Position numbers and translations under genes: made by a program. The notes under the pieces were generated by a model that did not search any database, was not told where the DNA came from, and was given only the letters and a program-made list of their open reading frames with translations. A stretch of DNA of 41,344 bases, from assembly GCA_000934665.2 (NCBI GenBank), contig KZ538200.1, positions 62,001 to 103,344 on the forward strand. The letters run 5' to 3'. Of this stretch, positions 12,001 through 23,600 are shown one piece after another. The DNA comes from Catajapyx aquilonaris. Taxonomy: Eukaryota. Numbering within the stretch: position 1 is the first letter of the stretch; the number at the start of each line of letters is the position of its first letter.

Positions 12001-13664
12001 GCTGCCTCTCACCAGTTGTGTACATATTTCCAACAGGAAATGTACCAGAGCCACACTGTTCTGACAGCACTTGTTAGGACTCACAAAAAAGCCCGGCCAT
12101 AAATAACTTTTTATGCCCGTCACCCTATTTGGCCTTTGGGCTGGCGCACACTTTATCGCTCCATTTATGAGGCACAACTTGTACCAAACAAATATGTCAA
12201 AACTGCTATATATGTTTGCATCCATTTGGTTCAGGTACCCCCCCTCTGATGCCCTGCATATATAATTCATCCCCCAGGCAAATCCGAGGCCATTGTCTCT
12301 CGTTATATATCGAGTTCCACGCATCAATTGCTATATCGCATTACCCACCCTTATCTGCAGGCTACTGCCCTCTTGACCCTACCTTTCAAGCCACGTATGA
12401 CCTTCTCCAACCATTCCGCCTCAGCCTCATCCACCGAAATCCTAGGACTCGTCTGACCATCCATTTTGGACACTACTAAGAGGCGTGGCACATGACTTAT
12501 TTAGCCACAAAATTATCAGCCGCCTACTTCCTATTCCGATAACTCACTATCCGGCGCTTCCATTCAACTACCGGCATGGCGTATCCATGGTTGAGCCAAC
12601 ACTATACTACTATCTAATCGCAAAATGTACCGGGTGCATTAGAAACACAGGTCAAATTGGCTTCATTGTCATTTTTTTTTTTTAAGCAGTGTGTATATAA
12701 ATAGCGGCTATGACAACCCCTCAATGCAATTAAGCTCGCCCTTGCATAACCCACCGGAACTAGTCCCTGATAGACCTAGATCGATCGCCGAAGAGCCTTT
12801 TAGTTCTGCCCTATGAGGCACGGCATACAGGAAAAAAAAAAGCAGGGCACAGAATCAGGCCAACTAAATTCAGGTGGTCTGCAGCCGCTACACATGATGC
12901 ATAATATATTTCACTCGGTGCAAATGGGGATGTGTGTTGTACTGTACCGCTGCTTGTAACGGAGCATATTCCCAAGGCTGAGTCTTTTCATGAATACTCT
13001 TTTTGCCCCCCACTAGCCTAGCTTACCCCACCGGCGGAAGAGGATATATTTACTGATGACGATGCACGCTACGGCTCGCGTGTAAAATGCCTTTAATTAC
13101 GGGGTGTGTACTGAACGTAATTTCTATTTTTTTCATACATAATTGAACCGGGATGTATTTTCGGCCCAGCGTGTTTCATCTGAACTGTACGCGTCAGTTG
13201 TCACTAAGCTGCACCACTTTCATTTTTTTTAAATGTCGCATGTAATGTACAATTTCAGTAATTAATTCGTAAGATTCAGCTATTTACTAGGTTACGTGTA
13301 AGGCGTCCCTTTCAAGCACTTAAAGACATTGGGAATTGCCCACTTGAAACCTCTGGCATCCGAGGTCAGAGGTTGAACTCCTTCTTGGTATGAACAACAT
13401 GCGTTATACAGTCAACCTACGTTGGCAGCGACATATTTGTTGCCCCACATTAACTGCTTAATAAAAAGCGGCTTAGTGCCAACAAAAGCTCATTAGCAAA
13501 TTATGGGTGTAAAAATTGTTGTCATGCAGACCTGCAAGGGCTTTGATCCTTGATCGTTCGAAAAGGCGTGAAGATGAATTTCCGCCGTCGTATTCGAGAT
13601 CCTCCATGATCTCCTGTTGTAGAGCTGGGTCCCATCTGGGACCCACTGTTATGTCGGTCGTCAT
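1..13664 (-). CDS. beta-Spec: Beta-spectrin (conventional spectrin beta chain), multi-exon, 3'-truncated by the window edge inside the PH domain
   Basis: Coding exons with GT-AG borders and consistent phases: 13664-13532, 11756-11605, 11538-11365, 11302-9527, 9344-9132, 9043-8351, 8270-8031, 7971-7759, 7587-7455, 7378-7101, 7028-6888, 6497-6057, 5590-5390, 5256-4223, 4114-3799, 3728-3624, 3458-3260, [2818-2756, 1475-1368, 931-782], 312-213, 138-<1. Translation gives MTTDI...[35 protein letters not shown] (CH1), CH2 ([22 protein letters not shown]), a spectrin-repeat rod, the tetramerisation repeat ([16 protein letters not shown]) and the PH start ([27 protein letters not shown]). An in-frame TGA 5 codons upstream supports ATG 13664. 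Confidence 0.97.
782..931 (-). CDS. beta-Spec: Beta-spectrin pre-PH cassette exon (150 nt, phase 1-1): [49 protein letters not shown]
   Basis: cacag acceptor, TAG|GTAAGG donor, length divisible by 3. The [11 protein letters not shown] motif is recalled from arthropod beta-spectrin isoforms. Confidence 0.88.
   Translation of the reverse strand, partial: LLQAVLRSQRRSLEHAQSPPSEASAGRSQSHPPLRLEASVTMSPIWKGH
1368..1475 (-). CDS. beta-Spec: Beta-spectrin Ser/Pro-rich cassette exon (108 nt, phase 1-1): [35 protein letters not shown]
   Basis: ccttttag acceptor, GTGAGT donor, open frame, frame-preserving. Not shown in this frame by the ORF track. Confidence 0.8.
2756..2818 (-). CDS. beta-Spec: Beta-spectrin small cassette exon (63 nt, phase 1-1): [20 protein letters not shown]
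   Basis: Pyrimidine-rich upstream tract and tag acceptor, AAG|GTAAGG donor, frame-preserving. Confidence 0.72.
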
Positions 13665-16289
13665 CCTTCGAGTGCCTCAGCCCCTGAAAAGATATGCAAA
13701 AAAAAACATTAGTTTCCATTTCTACAAGGTGACAAAAACAAGGTGCCAACTCTTCCTTTTTTATTGCTATTATTAACGCCTGTGATGCACGACCTCGCTA
13801 TTGTGCAGCATTCATGAAATGCAAACGTTGTGCAATGTGCTGACCCCATTACATCTCAATGCCAGGTACGGCGGTACACACAAAATATTCCAGTAATCAC
13901 ACATACCGGTACCATATCCGGGTACACCCCCAAAATCGAAGACATACCCAGACAATGAGGCCCCGCCAGAGTTCAATGTGCAGAATGGCCCCATACATTA
14001 TTAATACACCAGCAGGGAAGGAAATAACGACAGGTGGTCATTCCACCACATATAGACACAGCCGGACAATACCCTTTCAATTGCAAAGCCTGCATTGTCT
14101 CAAAACACACATATGCACACGGCTCTATTTTCGTCCTTGCATCAGAGGTGCTGACATGCAAAGTACGCCTGGATTTCCGCTGATTACCGACCTACTTGCT
14201 GGGTGACAAGTACGTGGGTGCACTACACCTACAGCTTATTTATTCGACGTACACAACCGGCCCTTATTTAATTGTGCTGCATGATGCTCCCTTAAAAAAA
14301 TGCCGCACTGCAGCTGAATATTCGTCCTTAGAAGCTCGATTTCAATTTTCCAAGCCCCACTTGTGGAACCCACTTGAAGACTGTAAAAATCAAGGCTTTT
14401 CATAAAAAATCTTCCCCAGCCACCCAATGTCCTGTTCTGCTATGCAGCAGACTCTTCTGTTTGAATACTTCCCACCCTTTGGGGTCCGTCTCCCTTCCCT
14501 CCATATGTCCAATCAACCTAATGGACCTTGACCCAAGTCATCATCTAAAACTGAGCTCTTTCCGCTACTCCCCATGACGATAAAGCCAACCAGAAACCTA
14601 CGCGACCTTTGACCGCTACATATCAGTCCGGTACAAGGTCAGGTTACACCTGCGTGACTATGAAAAAAAAAAAAAGCTTCTTGAAAGCATTACATTTCGT
14701 CACCAACCTGCATGTGCCACGGTATCTGATTGGTCATAGTGTTACATAACTGAATTTCTTCAGCTAAATTTTGGACCCAATCGATAAATTTTGGGATTCA
14801 ATCGATGATATCAGCATGTCCCCGCATCTGAAATTTCAAACGCGACAGGGATGGGGGGGCAAGAACCTTGTCACAGCCCCGCATTTTGCCCGGCTTTTCC
14901 ACTGACACATGCCCCGCATACCCAACTCCTGAATCACACCCAGAAATAATACCCTCAAATGATACAAAATAATACGCATACCAAACCACCCATGGTCATT
15001 GCCGAACGTTACCCGATCCAACACCGATTTTTTGGCAACATTTTGTTGGCAACATCACCAACCGTACAACAGTGTCCCTCTAACAATGAGGTCAGTCCAA
15101 GTCAAGTGCAATACGCCCCTGCTTAGCCTTAATTCATTGAGCCTATTGGGCCTAGTGCCACTTTTGCACTCGGACGGCTGATCATTTGCATCAACGTAAC
15201 TTGCATCATAGTTGGTTGAGTCACACCCAGAGTGGGACATGACGTGTCACAAATGTGGGTGGAACTTCATTGATGCTGACAAGGTGGTTTGTACAGTCAG
15301 GGGCAAGGTCGGTTTGGACCAGGGGTGGACCCCCCTCCCCAAAAAAGTGCAGCTGCAGTATATCGAACACGTGTCGGATTTTATTCAATAAAATTTTTTT
15401 TCAAATCCTATAGGGAAGGGGAGGGTTGGAATTCATTTGCATATGTGTTAACCATCCCCGAGCCGCCCCTCGACCCAAGCTCAAGTGGATTCTTCCTGAG
15501 CATCTAGCCGGAGTGTAAAAATACACGTCCGCACTGTTTGCAGTAATAATCGTCTGAAGGTGCAGATATGTTTATCGTCCTCAATTTTTACTGCTTCACA
15601 CTGATGCCGCGCTGTCAATACCAGGCCTGCAACATGGCTCACCAAGGTTTTTAAAAAACTGGCAGTTAATTAAGACAAATTAGGCGCTTGCCACATTGCA
15701 ATGCAGCTGGCAGCCTGAAAGTGAAACTATCCGCCATCCTGCATAATTAAACCCAATCCAAGAAATGTGCACTTCAAAGCGTGCAAACTACACAGAATAT
15801 TAAACCCACCCGGATCGATCTCTCCAAAAGTTGCACATTTTAAAACACCGTACATATATATGCATGCCCTGCTCTAGTGACCTCCAGCAGATACGAGCTT
15901 CCTGCAATACTCAAAACTAGGCCATTCCCTCGTTAATCCATATTTTAATCGTCCATTGCTCATTACCAACCCACGTACATAGCACAATCCTACAGTTGTT
16001 GACCCACTTGGTTTCCACACATGACACTCACACATTAGAAAATCCGACACCCCCCTAGTTTTTCAGGACATGCTCTGGCGTCCTAAAGTCTATGTCCACC
16101 ATTTTGGAGCCGGTGTTAATGATCCGAGGGGGGGTCCCATTTGGTCAGATCGATGAGAGTGCAAGTGACCCAGATGCAACATCATCGTCAGCATGCGATG
16201 GGAGGGGCCATGTCCATTTTTGCACTCCTCGCGCTAATGGAAAGCATTCTTCTGCCCGGCTCCGGAACGCAAGGCCCAATGAACTGGCT

Positions 16290-16445
16290 CTCGGGAGGCT
16301 AGATGGCGCCATAAAACACCACATAACTGACAACATGAAGTTTCCGCCCTTTTCTCGGCGCACGCGCAACTAACGCGCCAAAATGGCGGCCGCTGACGTC
16401 ACATGCGCAAACGAACGTGCGCACTAACAGTTCTGACGCGAAAAC
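16290..16445. promoter_or_regulatory. Dense intronic cis-regulatory cluster (alternative promoter, enhancer or insulator)
   Basis: TAGATGGCGCC (CTCF-core-like), AAAATGGCGGC (YY1/Pho), TGACGTCA (CRE), two TGCGCA, and a minus-strand TCAGTT Inr, abutting a very AT-rich block at 16450-16595. Confidence 0.45.
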
Positions 16446-18571
16446 GAATGTAATAAATGCAATATTAAAAATTATTTTAGTTATTAAATTATTATTAAAG
16501 TTAATCCATTAATACTGAAAATATAGATTGAAAATGTAAAAATTAAAATAAATTTTATTCACGAAACAAGTATAAGGATCAAAATATTTAATAAGTCTGA
16601 ACTGACCTCACGCCATCACTATATACAGCCCCTAATGAAAAATCTAATTAGCTAAATGTCGCCCCCATTTCCAGATGGTGCCACATGACACTCTCATATA
16701 TACAGCACAAATCCCCACAATCGGACTCCACCTTTTCGAGTCCAACCACATTGTAGTGTGTGTATAGCCGTGAGTTTTATCTGTCTGGGATGAGATTTGG
16801 AGTCGCAGCATCAGCTTCACTCTCCCCAAAAGCTCCTACTCGTATTCCATTTGGTGGGTATACCGAAATCGATATCCTCCCGCAGGCGGAAGATGTCGTC
16901 GTCCTCGACTCCCATTAAAATGGGCATCGCCCCGGAGATATAAATTGCGCGCCAGAAATTTAGGTGACCCCCCCCCCCCCCCCCCACNCCCCCACCGATG
17001 GCCTATGACCATATCGAATATAATATAGGTGTGCAAAATACGAGGCCGAAGTCGCTGTAATCCGTTTCCGGCAAAAAAAGTGAGTTCGTAGCACCGACCT
17101 CACGGTCATTGTCCCACTCATTTCCGCCCACACTCACATCCACTACACCTTTCTCTGTGTTTTATATGCATAGGCCTCAAGAAGTGGGCTTTTCTCTCAG
17201 GTAAGGAGACTCCAGTTACAACATTTTCTATATAGCCACCTAGTAGCATAGCGTACTATATCCTCAAGGGCTTTTGTAGGACTGATGGCCAGCTGATAGA
17301 TGTGCTATTTATAACAATGATCAATCGACCAGCATCACATGAATCATAATCTCAAATGTCGCATGCTGATGGACCTTCTACCAAGTGGCCCCCACCATAA
17401 CGATTCTTAAAAAACGCAACGCTAATAGATTCAACTCACGCAAAATTCCATGCCTGCATATTAATGATCTGCTAACAGTAGCCAACCAGTTTTTAAAATT
17501 TCTCATATCCTCCTGAATGGTCCATCACCATTCCTTCCATATAGTTCCAGAAACTGCGGTAAACCCTCCAAAATAACATAACTCCTGCCCCTAGACATCC
17601 GAAATGGACCTCCCCACGTTTTTGCATTCAACGTTGACTATGGTACAGTAAAACGGATTCCCACGCCGTCTTCCGTAAACATGATAATCGTGCACAGCCA
17701 GTAAAAGAAAATAGCTCTTGGCCCTCAAGTGAATTCCTCCCTGTATATACTACTATACTGTAGGGTCTGTGCAGAGAACAGACCCCCATGAATGCAGTGG
17801 GATGCATTTCTAAGATCGATTCTCGGCTGCAGCTTGCAAGCTGCGAAAACTGCAGGGCTATTGGCCTCGTTTGGCCGTAGTCTCCAACCCGACTCACGTC
17901 TACCATTTTGGCGTCGCCCACTTCACGCTCAATCCCACAATGCAATTTGCAACTGGGTTACATTTTAGCACGACCGCACAAAATGACAGGGTTTGTCAGA
18001 AGTACACTATAGAAGCCGAATTTGAATTTACCCCTCATGCAAAATTCAATTATTTGGCAAAAATTTGAAACATCCAACTCAACTGTCTTTTCTCATTTGG
18101 ATAGCGTCGTGCATGATGGTGACTAAGACTTTTAAAAAAGGACTCCCCATCATAGTAACAAAAAATACCCCGTGAAAGACACGCTTGACGAACTCCCCAT
18201 TTTCTCCGAGCCATTTCCTGCCCAAAACTTGCACCAACCTTCCAGTTTCGATCGAAATGTCGTGCCCTAGGTAACAGGTACACCCACTTGATGCCTGGTT
18301 TTTCCTGCAGGGGCGGGTGGGTGGCATCAAAACTTGGAAAAAAATATATATACTCAAGACTTTTCTTGTCTAGTTCCCATACAGATTGTGATTGTTCAAA
18401 AGAGGCAGCGCAATTCTTCACGCCCGAGAGACCTTCCGAAACGAATCTATTTCCCAGCTATGCTCATAATGGCCGATTCGGCAATAACCCCAGTCTGATG
18501 AATCAACGATGTTGGACCTTTTCCAACCGAATACAACCGTGTTGACTCGGTAACTTCGCCATGTTTGCAAA

Positions 18572-18596
18572 AGATGATGATGATGATGGGNNNNNN
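18572..18596. other. (GAT)n run next to an assembly gap (NNNNNN, 18591-18596)
   Basis: Ns in the sequence; another N at 16988 in a poly-C run. Distances across the first intron are therefore uncertain. Confidence 0.9.
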
Positions 18597-20541
18597 AGTT
18601 TCGACACAAAAGGCGGAATCAAGCTACGTCTGCCAAGGGTGAAGGAGAAGATTTCACCTCAAAAAAATGGGTGACACTCAAGCGAACCTGACTCTATATG
18701 TAAAGTGACCTTAAGAAATCTCAACATGGGGCTGGCAAAGAGGAGGATCCAGGCCACGCCTGGTTCTCTTTATATGCTAATGATGCCAATCTGGACGATC
18801 AATTCATATGCAGACTGAACCGCGTTCAGCACAAGTGGTTCAATATATAGTAGCTTCCGAGAAATACAGCTCCAATCATTTGGGTTGGAAAAATATCTGC
18901 AACCTACAGTTTGCAAAAATTTGTGCAAATTGCAACGATACATGCTGGCGGATTTCCACATAAGAACGTCGAAACCTTGCGCTATGCACGCAACTAATCG
19001 TAAAACGGCCACAATGATATCCTTGCATTTCACGACTATTTTACGCTCGCGGCTGTTCAAGCATGCATATTAATTTTGTAACCTGTAGCGTGTAATATGC
19101 TAGTCACGTAAAACTTCGTTCCAATTTACTGGAACAGTCATTCTATCAGTGAGACTTTAAACTTATTCTCATGGGTCAGCGTTCCACACCTTGTACACCA
19201 GATGATAGCATTGTTTTTGGTACACTTAACAGTTAGATAACAGGAGATTCTCACGACTACTATTGTGGAATCGTCATGTCTCCGGGTCAAAAGACAGGGT
19301 GAGTCAGAAAATCCTCGAAATCTCTCTTACATGTTGAACTATTTACACTGAATAACTAGTTAAACTGACTACTCATAAGAAATATTAATTAAAAATTAAA
19401 CGAATGTACGTGTATATCAGCACACTAATTTTATTATATTCATAATACTTTGAATACTGCATAAGCACATACGGTACATTGCGAACCAACTCCGTCACTT
19501 CAAATTATAACTGCTGCCAATTTACACCCTTTCTCCCCACTCTACATAATACATCTAGTACGCAAATGTCGCAAATTATGACTGCTGCACTCTAGCCATT
19601 ATATGTATAGCACTTCCATAATATTGCTCACCTTATAAGTAGTGTACTGAATTTTAAGCTCAACCAGCAAGGTCAATGCTATCCTGGTGAGTCGCCTACA
19701 CCACAGAACAAACAAGAACACAAGGTTAGCTAACTGACAGGATGATACATTCAGAACAATGCTCGCCAGGCACATCCGTCAACTGGACATGGTCCTCTCG
19801 CGTCCCTCGATTTTTACAAAGTAACTCTTTCAAAGCAAGCTGCTGGACGCAATTCAATACCTGACCTATATGGGCTTTTAAAGGGCACGTCATGTGCACT
19901 GCTATACAATAGTTTCCAAGCCCTGCAGCAAAGCTGGAGGGCCACTGAGAATAATTTCGTAAACCTTGCCGCAATTCAGATTAGTTTCTATGCAAATTGC
20001 AGAAAGTTTATCCCCGTGGCCCAAGCTTTCACTTTAACACGGTAATCACATTATACCACTGCAGCTCGTCGTCCTGCGGATGTCATTAACAAATAAAGGC
20101 AACCATCAACAATGTATACAAGTGGGCAGATCCGTGAATTGGAGTTAGGAACGTCATCGAGTAAAACCCATCTCGTCTACCAAACGGCAATAAATCGTCC
20201 TCAGCTTTTATACGGCATAAAATCCGCATACAAATTGGTATTAGTCCAGCAGGACGTGTATAAAAATATATCATGCTTCTAGACATTGAACCAATCGGTT
20301 CTCTACCCTATACTAAATCCAAGAAAGCATCATCCTGTCCTTGCGAGGCACCTTGACATTAGGCAAACGATCACGATTTCATTTATTTTAGACCCCCGCA
20401 TTCTTAGCAACCATATACCTTCCGAGGAAACTGACACTTCGCGTGACTTTCCCATCACTCGATACGAACCTACTCGTTTTTCACGCTTCCCATTCAACCC
20501 TGTCACATTACGCAATCCCACCCAATTAACATTCCCCACGC

Positions 20542-20559
20542 TATTATTATTATTATTTT

Positions 20560-20598
<39 letters not shown>

Positions 20599-20606
20599 TT
20601 ATTATT
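20542..20606. repeat. (TAT)n/(TTTA)n microsatellite
   Basis: Visible tandem array. Confidence 0.9.
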
Positions 20607-23600
20607 GTGTGCATCATTTTGAGGGGATGGCCTACCTCCATGGCGGAAGTAATCCCATGTTATGTAATCATTCAAGATGTATTGTATCATGGTCGTGCAG
20701 TACTAATTAATTAAATTGAAAAACAATAAAAGACCAATAGCCAACGTTGCAGTATCAAAGCCATTCCTCCACATCCTTATCCCAACCTAATAATGTTATC
20801 ACCAGCCACTGCCAATCAGTTCCCAGACAGTGATGTCACAGGTGCCACCACGTCCGACGTCATTATAGTCCGGGTCATTTAACTGCTGCAACACACGGAA
20901 CAACCCCATATGCACCCCTCACCCATCCCACACTTTAGTCTTTCAGCTGTACAGTAGGTCTATCGATCCATAGTAGTGCGGCCACTCCCTAGGCCCCGTT
21001 CCTTCTAGGCGGCGCAATGCAGCCAATATACGCAGACTTTGCACTCCGGATCACCATGGTTACACCCTTTCTCACCACTCTACACTACGCAAATGTCGCA
21101 CATGATCTGTGTTACTATGCTGGATGTACCAAAGGTCATCGATCAAGTGGTGACACTAGTCAGTGTCCCAGTTCTTCCATCATCGATCCATTCGATTTTT
21201 TTTTGATTTTTTTTGCTTTTTTTTCCATCGTGTTTCTTCCCAATTCGTTCCTCGTGAAAAAGACTGCGGCACACGCTAAATTGGCCTTTTCTTTTTTCCT
21301 ATTTTCAACCCCAAAAAAAGCTGGCCAAAAGCCAAACCTTCCACAAAAGGACCCAAGTGCCACAGGGTTTATCGCGAGGGGGGCTCCGGGTCTTTATTTT
21401 GTAGTGCGGAGTGAAATGCTTACCAAACTGGGGTCTCCCTCCGGCGAGCTTCAGTCTGGGGAAGTGCAATCTGTAATGGACAAAACAATTCAATTACCAT
21501 TGGCAGTAATGGAATGGGGAAGTCTGAATGTAGCTCTGAACAACAAACACACCACATTTAGGAAACACAAGCATAATTTTTAAACAGCCCTCCTTGATAC
21601 ATATCGATATTCCATTTTGGAATGTATCGATATTCCTGGGTGAACCTTTTGGAAGGTCAGAATGTATATAAAAATATCAATGGTCGTTTGGCATTGTCGC
21701 AAAATCGGCCTTTGCTATCGTCCCTACCAGTTTTAAATTTTGCAGGTAACCCCATTTGTTCTGTGATGGCACTTGGCTAGTATGCCCCCGACTTTTGGCA
21801 CCGGGGTAAAGTAGGCTGGGCCGACCCCTCACAAATTGGCAAGAGGTCTCGGGCACAGATTCCCACCAACTCTACCGGAAAAAATAAAAGTCCTCGCCTA
21901 ACTCAACTCGAAAGTTGTCACCCTTCATTTCCAGCCAAAATTAGGACAAAAAGGTGCTAAACCAAAAATGTGGTGACACAGTTGGTCTTATACATCGGCT
22001 TTAATCTGGGCGAGGGCATAAAAGTGTCAATCGATCGCTAGTAACCCAGTACCTTAAAATAGCACCCTACTCAATCCAATTAGGAACATTCCAGGCGAGT
22101 TCCTAAGCGAAAAGTCCTGGAAGCCATTAGGAAAGTTGGAAAATATTCATTCCATATGACGCATTGCTCACAAGTTAAAACCGTCGTAAAAGAGTTATCG
22201 GTATCTTCGCATTTATCAGGTGTACACGCACGAGTTGTATCCTCTTTCGGCATGAAATGTTGAGCCCACTTATCGCTCCACAGCAGTCATCTTCAAAGAA
22301 TAAAATACACATCTCTCTCGTGCCAGCAACATTTTAAGACAAAATAGATTTCCCATCCCACTCACGCAAATCTGTCAAAACAAAAAACAAAAAACAATGT
22401 GTAAAACCACCCCTATGGAGCAATAACCTGCCCCGCCTAATAACCATAATAACAGTTATTACACCACACCGGTTAACCCACTTGTCTTCAATAAATCAAT
22501 TACTCCCCTTCTAATAACCACCGACCCAGTCAACAAAATGTGCGAAAAACTTTTCAGTGACGCAAACCACAAACTTGGCCCCGAATCCCCCGTGACGTAC
22601 CCCTACAGCAAGAATGGAAAACCACACAATGACCCTCCCCATTTTCCAAGCGGAGTGTCTTGGCTCTGAAGCTAACCAGGTGAGTGAACTTGCCCATAGA
22701 GTTGAAAGGAAGGCCACCAACCTCTTTCAAATCCTCCCCGCCCCACTGTACAGTACTTGTGCATGATCCATCCCAGCAGCATCATCCCCTCTGACATGAA
22801 AGAGGAAGAAGATGGAAGTCTAAAATAGGCCACCAGCCCCTCATCCACTTCCCGCTTATGTTCACTTCCTTTTCTGCCCATCCTCACACGAGGCTCACAC
22901 GCTTCTTCAATCACGCACAAACATTACATAAGTACATCCAACTGACAAATATTTCATATCAAAATATCCTGCAGCATTAGGTCAATACAGGCTGCATCAT
23001 CCGCCATGCAGGCACACTGCAGGCACCTTCTGCAGTTTTCTACAGTTCTCAATCGATTGGCGTCTGGCCCTCTTGGCGACAAAAACTGGGGTCACAGAAT
23101 CCCAACTTCAAGGTTCAATGCCTCATTGGTCAGAGTTAGCAGTGTTGGCAAGAAGAGCAAGGGCAATAGTACAAACTGACAATAACTTATTGAAGATATA
23201 AGAAAAAGGGCAAGAATATTTCCCTGTTATTATTATTTCCATCCTACTATGCATGGAAACAGTAGCTCCCCAGTCCCAACCAAATGGCTAAAAATAAAAC
23301 AATAGCGCACAGGGTCATTCAGTTCATAACTGCACATTCGTTGTTATTGAAGCAGCCTGACATGCCTCCAGTAAATAACGCGGATACATTTCCCTTTTCA
23401 GCCTGTAATGACCAGCACAGATGTGCATAGCAATAACTAAAGAGCTCCCATTCAGCTCCCTTGCAGCATGTCAGGCTCGTGCAGTTTATAAAGCCACGCA
23501 CTGTAACACCGGAATAGTTCCGTGCCTCCAGTCTGCATGTAACATTACTCTAATGATTACCAACCGGATGACAACCCCCTACTCTAGAAATTAGAGCACT

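Noticed and set aside
13020..13140. Alternative coding first exon ending at a GTAAG donor (~13026)
   Set aside because: Upstream ATGs reach stops before the donor.
18418..18609. ORF with a poly-His run
   Set aside because: (GAT)n microsatellite next to an assembly gap.
20286..20714. 142-aa ORF with a transmembrane-like FIYL repeat
   Set aside because: The hydrophobic stretch is a translated (TTTA)n microsatellite.
21017..21583. 188-aa plus-strand ORF
   Set aside because: No recognisable domain; built partly from poly-T tracts; no splice or codon-bias support.
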